In this document: in pieces, positions 36,296-49,512 of the stretch | How the letters are laid out: the number at the start of each line of letters is the position of its first letter | How positions within the stretch are numbered: position 1 is the first letter of the stretch | Assembly: GCA_043228905.1 (NCBI GenBank) | Contig: JBHGNT010000015.1 | Coordinates: 8,990,001 to 9,054,000 of the forward strand | Length of the DNA: 64,000 bases | From: Azolla caroliniana | Taxonomy: Eukaryota; Plantae; Polypodiophyta | Reading direction: 5' to 3' | The notes under the pieces: model-generated | Databases searched by the model: none | Seen by the model: the letters and a program-made list of their open reading frames with translations, nothing else | What the model was told of the DNA's origin: nothing | Made by a program: the position numbers and the translations under genes

Positions 36296-39200
36296 CTAAT
36301 CAGCAGAAAAGCTCAACTTGATCCGGATCAGTATGCGGAACCCAGAGCCGGATCAGTGTTCGGAGAAGAGAGCCAGATCAGAGGGTTGGATCGGAGAGCT
36401 AGAACCACGTGCGAATCGGTAGGCCATTGGAGGTCTACACTCCTAGACTACTGGGTAGTTATCCTAGGAGTTAGTGTCAATAGCTCAGTACGAGCATTGA
36501 AGTACTTGTTAGTACTTCTATCGGTCCTTTTAAGGACTTGTACAAAAGTGGTCATTGAGCACATTGTATGTACAGAGAGTAATATTGTATTGTGTAAAGC
36601 TTCTATTAAACCTGCAACATTTCTCTATTGGCAACCGGTGAAGATGGTTGTATCTGAAAAGCTTCCGCACGAAATCTTTTCATGGTATCAGAGATCGAGG
36701 GTTGAAAATCCTCTACCACCGACACAAAGCCTGAGAAGACTAGAGGAAACCTAACTTCCTGTAAGAATAGACCGGAAAGAGAAGAAATGGACAAAGGGAT
36801 GGCAAGCTCGCTTCCGACTAAGAAGCTTGACAGGAACAACTATCCATCTTGGTCGTACAAGATGCACCTGCTGGGACATGGGTACTGGAGTTATATCGAT
36901 GGATCAAACAAGGTAGCGCCGGAGCCAGCTCACAAGGACTTCCCGACATGGGAGCAAGGAGCGAGTAAAGTGTTGTGCTGCCTCACATCCTATGTGCACG
37001 ATCAGATACTCGACTACATCAGAGACTTAAAGTCACTGAAGGAGGCTAGGGAAAATCTCAAAAAGATTTTCACTGCCAGTATCACATCCGGTAGAGGGAC
37101 ATGTCGATTACAGACTACACCACCATGATGAAGGAGATCTGTGACGCACTGGGGTCCATCAACGTGATGGTGGACGAAGACGAGATGGTGCAGATATACC
37201 TCAGTGGTCTAACACAAAGGTACAGACTTATCCAAACAACGATTTGCACCCGGGAGAAACCATCGTCCTTCTTCAACCTATAATTGATGTTCGTGGTAGA
37301 GGAAAACCACACGAGTGGGTCAAGGACCACTCAACCGGATAGTCGGATGTTGTACAATGAGGCGGATCGGCCCCGTGGGCGTGGAGGACGAGGTGGGTCG
37401 ACACGAAATAGCGGTGGCCGGCAAGAGCAGAGTCAGAGGCATAGGAGTAGTGTAGACAACAGTTCCGGACCCTCCACAAGCAGGGGGAGTCAAGGCGGTG
37501 CCAGAAACTGGCAGTCGAAGGGCGATACGGAATCCTGGTACTGTGGCAAGAAAGCCCATAAGGAAAGCGAGTGCTGGAAGAAGCGTGTCGATTTGGAAAA
37601 ATCCGGATCCTGCAAGGGCGGACAAGGGAACCTGCAGAGCTCGCACTATGTTGAAGGATTAGAAGGATTCGGAATCGGAAAAGGACTGGCCTTCGTGATG
37701 AAGCACAAGGCAAACTCAATGAAGAAGACCACTTCCGAATAGGAGGAAGTGTTGTACATTGATTCTGAAGCATGGTCGAGCAACAGGGAGTCATCAAAAC
37801 TGAAGACAACACTCCTCACTCGATCGAGCATGTCGGAGAAGTCCCTTTGAGTCATGTCAGACAAAAGGGAAAGTCAATGAATGTTTTACATGTTCTGACA
37901 ATCACGAAGAACCTACTGTCGGTTGGACAAATTGTCAACCAAAGGATGCAAGTGTTATTAACGCACCCCGGATGCTTCATCGAGGAAGAGGGTTGTCATG
38001 ATAACAATCACATCATGTATCGAAAGGATCATGACACTCACATTATGACTCGAAAGGATTTGAACCCACAACCTTGTCGTACACATGTCAAATCCTTAAC
38101 CATTGTATTAATATTCTTATATGTATAGTTTTTAGAATATGAAATCTAATATTGTAGGAATATTCTATATTACTCTACATTCTAGAATGACCTAGAATAT
38201 TCTAGAGTGGTCTATATCACTAGAACCTTCTAAAATACTCTAGAGATCTTCTAGATTACTCTACATTCTAGGATCACCTAGAATATTCTAGAGTGTTGTC
38301 TATTACTTATAAATAGGGATCTACCACTCATCCCAAACCTAAATTTGTTCAAACTGTCAAGAGAGAGAGAGAGAGAGAGATGCTCAAACCCCACATCCCT
38401 CTCTCCTACATGTGATAATAGATCCACGGAGTTATCGACCATCTCTTTACGACAGTTACGGGAGGAAGGGGGGAACGAGGCCATGTTTGTCTTCGCAATA
38501 GTAGCAACTCCATCATCCACTTCACGTGAAGCAGACATTAAACTACCAGAGAAATACAAGGAGTTTTCAGATGTCTTTGATAAGGTGAAGGCCAATACAT
38601 TGTCGGAGCATCAGCCATATGATTGCCCTATTGACTTACAACCAGGGAAAGAACCTCCATGGGGCCCAATTTATAATCTCTCCCTTGTAGAGCTAGAGAT
38701 TTTGCGGGAATATATTGATGAGAATCTCGCAAATGGATTCATTCGGAATTCTAGATCCCCTGCTGGTGCACCTATCTTCTTCGTTAAGAAGAACAATGGA
38801 ACTCTTCTGTTGGTCATGGATTATTGAAGGCTAAACAAAGTGACTATCCGGAATAGATATGCCCTACCATTAATCCCGAATCTTTTGGAACGTCTCAATG
38901 GTGCAAAATATTTCACGAAGTTGGACCTTCGTGGAGCATATAATCTGGTTCAGATTCGCCTGGGGGGATGAATGGAAGACAACTTTTCGCACTTGCTATG
39001 AACATTTTGAGTATAATGTGATGCCATTCGGTCTCACGAATGCACCTATTGTTTTCCAACATATGGCAAACGATATTTTTCGAGATTTTCTTGATATCTT
39101 CACTATAGTTTACCTAGATGATATTTTAATCTACTCGAAGACACAAGAGGAGCATGACGGACATGTTCGTCAGGTATTGTCTCAACTCCGAGAATATGGT

Positions 39201-40648
39201 CTCTACGCAAAATTAGAAAAATGTAGTTTTGGCCAGAATCAAGTGGAATTTTTGGGGTATGTTGTATCATTAGATGGTATTGCTATGGACCCCATGAAGG
39301 TACAAGCAATTTTACAGTGGGAAACGCCCTTTCAATGTGTGATGTGCAATGTTTTCTTGGGTTTGCAAATTTTTATCGAAAATTTATTAAAGATTATTCG
39401 AAGGTTGTTTTTCCGCTTACTCAACTCACACATAAAGATCAGCCATTTATATGGAGTTTAGATGCAGCCGAGGCATTCAAAAGCTTACAATGAGCATTTA
39501 CAACGGCACCTATCTTAGCACATGTCGACCCAACAAAACGCTTCATCCTCAAAGCCGATGCATCCGATTTTGCACAAGGGAGTTTTCTCTCGCAGACTGG
39601 AGATGATGGACAGCTACACCCTGTCACCTTTCATTCACGAAAGTTTGAAGCTACAGAGATCAACTTCGAGATCCATGACAAAGAGCTTCTTGCAATTGTG
39701 GATTCGTTTCAACAATGGCGACATTTTTCTAGAAGGTTCTTCTCAGCAGATCATTGTCTACAATGATCATAAGAACCTAACTTATTTCCAAAATGCTCGA
39801 GTCTTGAGTCGGCGACAAGCCCGGTGGGCGCAATTTTTGACTCACTTCGACTTTATCATCATATATCACCCTAGTATGCAGCAAGGCAAAGCAGATGCTC
39901 TTTCTCAGCCCTTACATGATCACTAGTAAGATAAGTGATGTTGCATTTCGTCTTGACCTCCCTCCACACATGCATCTTCATCCGGTGTTTCATGTATCCC
40001 CTTTGGAACCTTATACTACAAGTTCAATTCCGGGCCGTCTTATGACACCCCCACCACTTGTCGAGTTCTTGGATAGACCCGAATTTGAAGTTGTTGCCGT
40101 TCTCAATTCTAAAATCGTGCGCAACAACCTGTATTACTTAGTCAATTGGCTAGGCTATACCCCCAATGATCGAACTTGGGAACTTGCATCAAATCTTTCC
40201 AATGTTGCGGAACTCGTCACTGCATTTCATTGCCAATATCCTCGTAAACTAGGTCCTAATACAAACCCTACGACCCGTAACACATGTCGTCGAAGAAGGG
40301 GGATAGTGTCATGATAACACTCACCATGAAACGAAAGGATTTGAACCCACGACCTTGTCGTACACATGTCAAATCCTTAACCATTGTATTAATATTCTTA
40401 TATATATAGTATTTAGAATATGAAATCTAATATTCTAGAGTGTTCTATATCACTAGAACCTTCTAGAATACTCTAGAGATATTCTAGATTACTCTACATT
40501 CTAGAATAACCTATAATATTCTAGAGTGTTCTCTATTACTTATAAATAGGGATCTACCACTCATCCCAAACCTAAATTGGTTCAACGCCATTTTGTAGCC
40601 TACTCTTTGTAATCCATTTTACTCATCAATATAATAATTCTCTTTCAA

Positions 40649-40682
<34 letters not shown>

Positions 40683-40900
40683 ACAAGGGCCAGATCATCG
40701 TGCAAGGGCGCCAAGACGGAAGGATGTTCATCCTCGACATCAACAACGTAGGCACTGCTTTGTTCACAAAAGGACAGAAAGTCGAGTTGGATATTGAGTT
40801 ATGGCACAAGCGGATCGTCCATGTCAAATATCAAAGGCTTCATGACCTGCAGTCGAAATAGGTCGTGTTTTAGACTGCCGAAATTCAGTGGCCGGAAAGA
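36296..40900 (+). mobile_element. 5' part of Copia K, interrupted by chromovirus L
   Basis: LTR remnant ends at 36682, PBS TGGTATCAGAG 36683-36693, gag MDKGMASSLPTKKL at 36787. Resumes at 40686. Confidence 0.85.
37994..40685 (+). mobile_element. Tcn1-like chromovirus L, deletion derivative (RT-RH plus chromodomain; no gag, PR or INT core)
   Basis: TSD AGGGT/AGGGC. 5' LTR from 37994, rearranged near 38345. YLDD present, chromodomain in ORF 39895-40314, PPT GAAGGGGGATAG, 3' LTR 40307-40685. Confidence 0.9.
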
Positions 40901-43900
40901 GAAATCGACCGGAAGCTGAAGGCGGTTCGAGCAGATAACGGAGGAGAATATCGGGGGCAGTTCGAGGAGTACTATCAGTTGAAGGGAATCTGGAGTACTG
41001 CCAGTCGAATTTACTATGCCGAAGATGCAGGAACTAAACGGGTTGGCCGAAAGGATGAACCAGAGCATAATGGAGAGAGTCCGGAGCATGCTTGCACATG
41101 CCAAGTTACCCAAGACGTTTTGGGATGAGGCGCTGATGACGGTGACGTACGTGATTAACAGGTCACCCTCAACACCCTTGGAAGGAGACTCACCACAGAG
41201 AGTATGGACCAGTAAGGACGTGTCTTACCGGCATCTGAAGGTGTTCAGATGTCTCACATATGTTCATGTTGCAAAGGAGAAGAGAGAAAAGTTGAATCCG
41301 AAGTCCAGACCATGCATATTCCTTGGATACGGCGATGATGAGTTGGGTTACCGGGTGTGGGATCTGGTCAACAAGAAGGAGTTCCGGAGTCGCGACATAG
41401 TCTTCATGGAAGACAGGACCATTGACGACTGGGAGTTGGAGAAGATCATGATGAACTCCGGATCATCCAATGAAAACCGGTTTGAGGACACAAGGACCTA
41501 CCCGGTTGAAAACCGGATGTTGGCCGGCAACCGGATGATAGTCAACGAACCGACCGGATATAGACAACAAACCGAACCGACCGAAGAAGAAGAAGAAGAA
41601 ATTGGAACCAGACAATATCCCGAATCGGATGAGGATGAGGAACAAACGGAGGAACTGGTAGTTGAAGACCAAAGACGGAGATACCCTCTCCGAGAGAGAA
41701 GAGACCATCGTAGATTTCCGAATGCAGAACATGAATTGCTAACCGATGAGGGGGAGCCGGAAAGCTTCAAAGAAGCGAAGAAAGTCACCCACAGCCGCAA
41801 GTGGTTGAGTTTCATGCAGGACGAGATGGATTCCTTGCATGAGAACCACACATATGAACTGACGGAGTTGCCGAAAGGGAAGAGAGCACTCAGAACAAGT
41901 GGGTATACAAGCTAAAATCGGGAGATGCCGGAAACCCGTCGAGATAGAAAGCCCGAATTGTAGTGAAGGGTTTCCAGTAGAAGAAGGGAGTAGACTTCAA
42001 TGAGATTTTTGCCTCGGTAGTAAAGATGGCATCCATCCGAACGGTATTGAGCATGGCGGCAAGCATGGACCTCGAGGTAGAGCAACTAGACGTCAAGACG
42101 ACATTCCTACATGGCGACCTCGAAGAAGAGATCTACATGCATCAACCGGAAGGATTTAAGAGGAAAGGGAATGAGCACCTAGTTTGCCGACTGAAGAAGA
42201 GCTTATAAGGACTGAAGCAAGCCCCCCGGCAATGGTACCGAAATTTTGACTCCTTCATGACCGACCAAGGGTACCATGGGTTGATCACTATGTGTTTGTG
42301 AAGAAATTTGACGGAGGAGATTTCATGATACTCCTCCTATATGTGGATGATATGTTGTTTGTCGGACAAGACCAAGGCAAGATTCAGATGTTGAAGAAGG
42401 CTCTCAACCAGACCTTCTAAATGAAAGACTTGGGTCTGACAAGACAAATATTGGGGATGCACATCATTTGGGACTGGTCAAAGACGCTGGTGTGGTTGTC
42501 ATAGGAGAAGTACGTGACAAAGGTGCTTCAACAGTTCAACATGTCAGAGGCAAAACCGGTCGGATCGACACTTCCGGCAAACTGCAAGCTATCCGAAAAA
42601 TAAAGCCTGAGGAAAAAGGCGGAGAAGACGGATATGATAAAGATACCATATGCTTCTGTCGTCTAAAGCTTGATGTACGCGATGGTATGTTCCTGGCTGG
42701 ATATCGGATATGCAGTCGGACTAGTGAGCTGGTTCATGAGCAATCCCGGACGAGAGCATGTGAACGCGGTAAAGTGGGTACTCCGATATTTGAAAGGCAC
42801 CCCAAGTATGTGCCTCCGATTTGGCTCCAGTAAACCCCTCTTGGAAGGCTTCACCGATTCGGATATGTCGGTTGATGCTGATAGTAGCCGGTCTACATCT
42901 GGATATGTCATGACTTATGTAGGGGGAGTTGTTTTGTGTCAGTCGAGGCTGCAGAAGATGGTTGCGTTGTCAACCACGAAGGCGGAGTACATGGTAGTTG
43001 TGGAAGCCGGGAAGGAGATAATCTAGATGAAGGACTTCATCACAGAGTTAGGGATCCAACATGAGGAATACCAGCTCTACTACGACTGTCAAAGTACCGT
43101 CCACCTTGCGAGGAACGCGGCCTACCATTCCCGGACGAAACTTATCCAGCGGAGGTACCATTGGATCCGAGAGAGAGTAGAAGATCAAGAGTTCATGTTG
43201 ACGAAGATCCACACGGAGGAGAACGGGTAGGATATGCTGACCAAGGTGTTGACAATCGACAACTTTGACGCGTGCCAAAAGCGGATCGGGTTGATGAGAC
43301 ATCCCATGCCAGAGTGAAGGGGGAGATTGTTGGGAATTCGGTCCCTCCGGATGGGATCCGGTTATGAATGAAGAGGACCCGGTGAGAACCGGAAAAGATC
43401 CGGAAACTGGATCGGATGGACTCGTTGAGAACCGAAATAGAAGACATATTTGTAAATATGTTTTGAGTAAGCCTATTGAGGCTTTATTTGTAAATAGCCC
43501 TAAGTTCATATGAGTATAAATATGACCTAGGGCAATCACAAAAGGTAATGGTGTTATATTGTTGTATGTGCATAATTGTTGTATAGCTACAAACAGAGAG
43601 AGAGTGAGAGAGTAGCTACGAGCACTTTCTGTTGTAACCACCATCTGGCAAAGATCGCAAGAACAAGGTCGTTGCTGCTATGGTTCCACTTTGTATTTCC
43701 TCTCATATAGTGATAGTTCGGGGTCCATGGGTTCCCATGGTTTTTCCCAATCAGGGTTTTCCACATAAACATCCTCTGTTCTCTATCGTTGTTTCATGTA
43801 CGTGCATTCATCATACCTATTTCCCATTTTTGTGTTTGGTCCTTCATAGAGTGATTTGAGACTCGGTTATGGCCGAGCAATACTTCCGCACTATTTCCTT

Positions 43901-43904
43901 CACA
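40900..43904 (+). mobile_element. 3' part of Tork/Tnt1-like Copia M (INT-RT-RH, 3' LTR 43328-43904)
   Basis: RADNGGEY, NGLAERMN, QLDVKTTFLHG, YVDDM, VALSTTKAEY. PPT GAAGGGGGAGAT. Confidence 0.88.
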
Positions 43905-44940
43905 TCCGAACCGTTAGTAGTTCTTCCCACTCATCTTTTCCTTCCATGGTAGCTCCATCCATGTCGCAATTGCGGTTTCTGTAGGCATTACTAGAGTTTA
44001 TCCGGTCATAACTTCCGTTGGCATATAACCGGTCACGAAACTATGTGTTGTGCGATCCGCCCATAGTGCATGCAGTAGCATTTGCGGTCAAATCTTTACC
44101 CTTCCATCACATGCTTTTACAAGTGCTTTTACAATTGGACTATGTCCTCACTCAATCTTCTTGTTTGCTTCTGGATTGTATGTCGTGGTTAATGTCAACC
44201 GTACTCCATGTTTGGCGAAGAATTCCCTAGCTTTACCGTAGTCAAGTTCTCCCCAATCCGCAATCACTTGTCCTACGCACCCGTACTTACAGAACACTTC
44301 TTCCAAGAGAAATTGGCATAATACAGAACATGTTTTCCTTTGTATCACTTGACCTTCTACTTGGTTCTTTAGATCCTCCCGAGCTAGCACCATGCACTTC
44401 TTTTGTTTGATCCATGGCCATGATGTCAACCATCCATTTAAAGTTGATTGTCGGTGAGAATGGCGGATGTAATTTGTCCCGGTGTTGAACTCCGGAGTAA
44501 ATTTGACATTTCCTGCAACTTCCCGTGAAATCTGTGACATGCTTATACATATTCTTCCACCAATATTTTTGTTTGATTTCTGCAAATGTCGCCCATGTTC
44601 CCCGATGTCCAACCCAATTGGATTCGTGAAATTCGGATATTACTTGTTTTTGTGGTTCCTTTGTGCCGAGTACCCGGGGTGGTATGCCATCTGGTCTTTT
44701 CAGCTCCCGCCAGATTAATCCATTGTTCAAGAAGAACTTCCAAACTTGCCGTTTCTTCTTTCGGATATCAGCTCTCTTTTCTTTATTTCCGATGATTCCC
44801 CAATTTCTTGTAGCACTTTCCCAATCAACAAGCTTTCTCCCTCGTATTCGTCTTCCCGAAACTCCCAAATTACGTTTACCCAGCATATGTGCCCCAAAAT
44901 AAAGTAATCTTCGGAAACTTCTTCATTATCCAATTCTCGG
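43905..44940 (-). pseudogene. Degenerate integrase fragment of a Gypsy related to B
   Basis: GHRGTWATF..KYWW, FKWMVD, VLAREDLKNQVEG and TYNPEAN match the integrase of B. Confidence 0.85.
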
Positions 44941-45296
44941 GGGCTTCACTGTCAAAACTTGTATGATAGCACGTGAGTTCATCAAAAGGGGTTTAAATTA
45001 ATCAATGAGATACATAATGTATATATATATATTGTGAAATGCTCTCAAGAATAGCCTCCTTTTCATTATGTCTCAAGTTACATTTTATAGACTCTCTCTT
45101 AGCGTGGAGGGTGTTCTCCCGCTCCAATTAGCTCTACTAATTATGGGGCTTGGTGGGGGCCTAATTTGGGTGTGGTGCATGAGGCTTGGTAGGGGCCTAA
45201 TTTGGGTGTGGTCTATGTGTGGTGCATGGGGCTTGGTAGGGGCCTAATCTAGGTGTGGTCCATGTGACCACCACAATTCCCCCTTGTAAAAAAAAG

Positions 45297-48200
45297 TTAC
45301 TGTGCAGTCGAAGCGCGACGAGGCGTGGACGACGGTTCCAGACGGGGGGATGACACGGGCGTGGGCGTAGGCATGAGTGTGGGCGGGGGCGGTGGTAGTT
45401 GATGGAAGGGCTTCATGCGAGACTGGTGAGCAAAGGTAGAGCGGTTGTTGGAGGCGCGGCGGAGCAGGTATGTAGTGTCGCGTATCTGCTTTTGAACTTC
45501 GAAGGGACCGATCCATCGGTGCATGAGCGATTCGCTGAGACCGCGACGACGGATGGGGAAGTAGACGAGGACTTTGTCACCGACGTGGTATTGATGGTCG
45601 ACACGGCCTATATCGTGTTGTCGTTTTTGGCGTAGTTGTGCCTGGTGCAGGTTGCTCGTGATGGCTTTGCGGAGGAGGGGCTGGAGTTGTTGTAGGTGGG
45701 ACCACCAAGACACTGCGTCAGCGTGGAGTCGTGTGGTTGGTTGCGGGACTGCCACTTCTGGGGGTAAGCGCGGGTCCCTTCTGTAAAGGGCCCGAAATGG
45801 GCTAATGCGGGTAGAGGCTTGCACAGTTGTGTTGTAGGCATGCGTAACAAAGGGCAAGATTCGGTCCCAGGTTGAGTGCAGCGGATCGATGTAGGCTGAG
45901 ATTTGTTGTTTTAAGGTTCGATTGAGGCGCTCCGTCAACCCATTCGTTTGCGGATGGTAGGGTGACGTGAATAACTGTTTGATTCCTAGTTGTGTTGAAA
46001 CGAGGCGTAGGAGCTCACCGTTGAACTGGGGTCCTCGATCGGACAAGATTTGGAGTGGGCAACCGTGGGGGAAGATGATTTTCTCCAATAGTTTGGAGGC
46101 GATGGTCATAGCCTTTGCATCTGGGATAGCGGCCGTCTCAGCCCAACGCGTCAAGTACTCGGTGATGACGAGGATGAATTTGTTCCCTCCTTGTGACTCG
46201 GGAAAGGGGCCCATAATGTCCCATCCGACGATTTCAAATGGAGCTTGAACTTGTATCGGATGTAAGAGGCCTTGAGCCACTTGAGGTGATTTGATGGCCT
46301 GACATAAGTTGCATGCTTTGATGTAGGAGGCGACCTCGTGGCGTAGCCCAGGCCAATAGAATTTGCGACGAATTTTGTCGAGCACCTTATGAAAACCCAA
46401 GTGGCCGGACAACGGGTGATCGTGGAAGAAACGAAGGTAAGACTGGCGTAGTTGCTCAGGCACGTAGACTCGGGGTTCTTTGCCTACTTGACAAAAAAGT
46501 AGGACATTATCCTAGATCATGAATTGCTTGGTGAGGGATGATGTCGGTTCAGCTCGTAGGCGGTGGCAGATATCTTGGATTTGTTTGTCGTGTTGTTGCA
46601 TGTTGGCCATTTGGGACGAGGATATGGGGAAATCGATTGTGTTGGAGGTGATCTGGTTCGCCTGAAAGGATATGCGGGATAATCCATCGGCGACGATGTT
46701 TTGTGGACCATGGCGATAGCGCAGAGTGAATGTGTAATCCTGTAGCGCCAAAACCCAACGAAGTAAGCGGCCGGGTGGATGAGCCTTCTTTATGAGGGAG
46801 AGCAATGGCTGATGGTCGGTTTCGACTGATGTATTTGATCCGTGAAGGTATGGGTGGAAACGATGGAATGCCCAGACGATGGCGAGGAACTCTTTTTCAA
46901 TTGTCGAGTAATTTTGTTCGGCTTTGGTAAGTGACCGACTGATGTAGGCAATCGGGCGGAGTTGGTCGTTGTCGTCGGATTGGAGCAGGACCGCACCAAG
47001 GCCGACATTGGAGGCATCCGTCTGCAGATGGAAAGGCTTCGTGAAATCAGGGTGGGCCATGAGGTCAGAGGCTTCGTGAAGCTGGATTCGCAGGCTTCGG
47101 TCCACAGGAAGGGTGCGTCTTTTTGTAGGAGCGCGCGTAGTGGGGCTGACAGGTCGGCTAGCCGTGGGATGAAACGAAGAGAGAACGTGAGGAGGCCGAG
47201 GAAGCGTTGAAGCTGCTTGACTGTGGTGGGGCGTGGGAATTTTTGGACTGCTTTTGTCTTCTCCGGGTCCATTTGTATTCCGTCGGAGGAGATGACGTAC
47301 CCAAGGAAGCGGAGGCACGTACTACCCCATCGGCACTTCTTCCATTGCAGCTGCAATCGATAGCGTTGAACACAAGTTAGGACCTCCCGAAGGACTTGAA
47401 GGTGTTCTGCCCAAGTGCTTGTATGTACCAGAATATCGTCTAGATAGACAATGACGACACGGCGGGTGATGAGATCATCGAAGATGGCATTAGCCATTCG
47501 CTGGAATGTGCTCCCCGCATCAGATAGGCCAAAGGGCATCCGTGTGAACTGAAAAATACCTTTCCTAGTGCGGAATGCAGTTTTGTGGGCATCGTGAGGA
47601 TTCATCGGGATCTGCCAATATCCCGAGGCTAGATCGAGGGAGGTGAAGTACTTTGATTTGCCAAGCTGGTCGAGGAGGTCATCGATACGAGGGAGAGGGT
47701 ATCGGTCATGGGTGGTGACATGGTTCAGTTGTCGAAAGTCGACACAAAAGCGGTAAGAACCATCCCCTTTCTTTACCATGTGTGGCTCCGAGATCCACTC
47801 ACTCTTGGAAGGTGTGATAATCCCTTGTTGGAGCATAGTTTTGACGGCGTTGTCGATGCGCTCGTGGTCGAGAGGCGAGCGACGTCGGGGAGCTGCGTTG
47901 ATGGGGCGGGCATTGCCTGTAGGAATCGTGTGGTGAATCGGAAAACGGACCGAGGGAGGTTTTACAGGTGGTGTAGACAACGAGGGAAAGGTGGCGAGGA
48001 GCCGTCTGATGTCGTTGATGCGCTCTGCCGGTGATATCAGGTACTGTGTGTTGCTGATGTGGGTGGTATCCCGCGGAGTAGTGAAGAGCGCGATCGGAAT
48101 GTGATTTGGGAGGATGAGCTGTTGTGCGGAGAAATCGAGACAGGCTCGACTAAGGAGGAACCAATCACATCCCAAGGTGATTGGGAACAACTGGCGCGGG

Positions 48201-48562
48201 AGGACGTAGAAACGATGGTGGATCTGGGCGGAACTAATGGTGAGCATGCACCTGACTTGCGTATGTGAGTGGTACACCCGTTGTTGGTCGCCGAAGAGGA
48301 TTTTAATGGGCGGTGCGTGGCTCGTGGGAAGTTGTAATTGGGTGACTAAATCTGCGCTGATGGAAGAGATGTTGCTGCCGGAGTCGAGGAGAACTTCTTG
48401 GGTCGTGTGTTGGAGGTGGGCGATTGTGGTACAAACGGGCGAAGTTGATGAAGTGGAGGCGTGGACGTGCGGGGGCGGCTCGATCGTGGGAGAAACGGGA
48501 GAAGTTGAGGACGTGGAGACGTGGACGTGCGGGGGCGGCTCTCCCTGCGGCACCCCGCACAT
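45297..48562 (-). pseudogene. Gypsy O pol (PR-RT-RH-INT)
   Basis: LLDSGS, YLDDI, TDASNVGLG, ADGLSR, GHLG, YHPQTNGLTER. Frameshift near 47085 and stop at 46512. Confidence 0.92.
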
Positions 48563-49512
48563 TAGTTTTCTGGGAGCTTAGAGAGGGAGGCAGCGTCACC
48601 CAATTGGACGTTCTGCTTCTGTTGGTGATTCTGCCACTTTCGGCAGTGACGCCGAATGTGGCCATAGTTGTTGCAGTAGAAACATTTGGGGCGTCCCTAG
48701 CTGTCTCGTTCGGGCAATGCACGCTTGGCACGTAATTGCGCGTTCTGGATGTCGATGTCCATGGGAGTGACGGCTGGTATAGTGTTTGTATGATCATGAC
48801 TGAGATTACCTGGTGTGTGCATGTCGTGCGCGTCTGCAGCTTCGATGCGTTGGGCAGTGAGGATGGCTTCGTGTAGTGTTGTCGGGCCTTGATCGCGTAC
48901 ACGGCGGCGGAGGTCATGTCGTATACGCGGCCAGAAAAAAAACAACTTCATGTCCTCCGACATGTTGGCGTCAGCCCGACGTAGGATCTGCACAAAACGA
49001 ACCGCGAACTGGGTGATGGGTTCGCGTGGTTGTTGGGTAATTGACTCAAGTTGTTGTAGGGCCGTCTGGCGGGAGTCTTGATGAGCAAAATTCCAAATCA
49101 TGGCTGCCCGTAACAGATCCCAGTCGTTGCGTGTCTCTTCGGGTTGTTGTACAAGCCATGTTGCCGCGATATTCTCGAGGAGTGTCTTCATCTCCATTGC
49201 CTTCCGAGGGTGTGGCCACTGGTGGTAACTGGCCACCATTTCGAAATGATCCAGCCAAGAGAGGACGTCTTCCGATGGTAGGCCGGAGAACGGTTTTGGG
49301 CGAACTCGAGAGTCCGGGAGATTTTGTTGTGGCTCGGATCGTGCTGAAAGAAAGGACAACATGGCTTGGTTAGTATGGTTAACTTGTAAAATGATGTTGG
49401 ATAGAGCTTGAACCAGTTGGTCGATTGGCGATGTGGGCTGGTGTCCTTGATTGTGTTGTAGGAATTCCGGATTCATCGAGTTTGCGTTGCCGTCGTTGTT
49501 GTCGTGTTGCAT
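48562..49512 (-). pseudogene. Gypsy O gag with one premature stop
   Basis: PKPFSG..DVLSWLDHFE. After the TAG at 48697 the same frame continues CFYCNNYGHIRRHC...KLPEN*. Confidence 0.85.

Noticed and set aside
45140-45265. Repeats TGGTAGGGGCCTAATTTGGGTGTGGT with variable spacers, superficially CRISPR-like
   Set aside because: Only three units, inside an LTR and duplicated in the other LTR. The spacers are related to each other and no cas genes are present.
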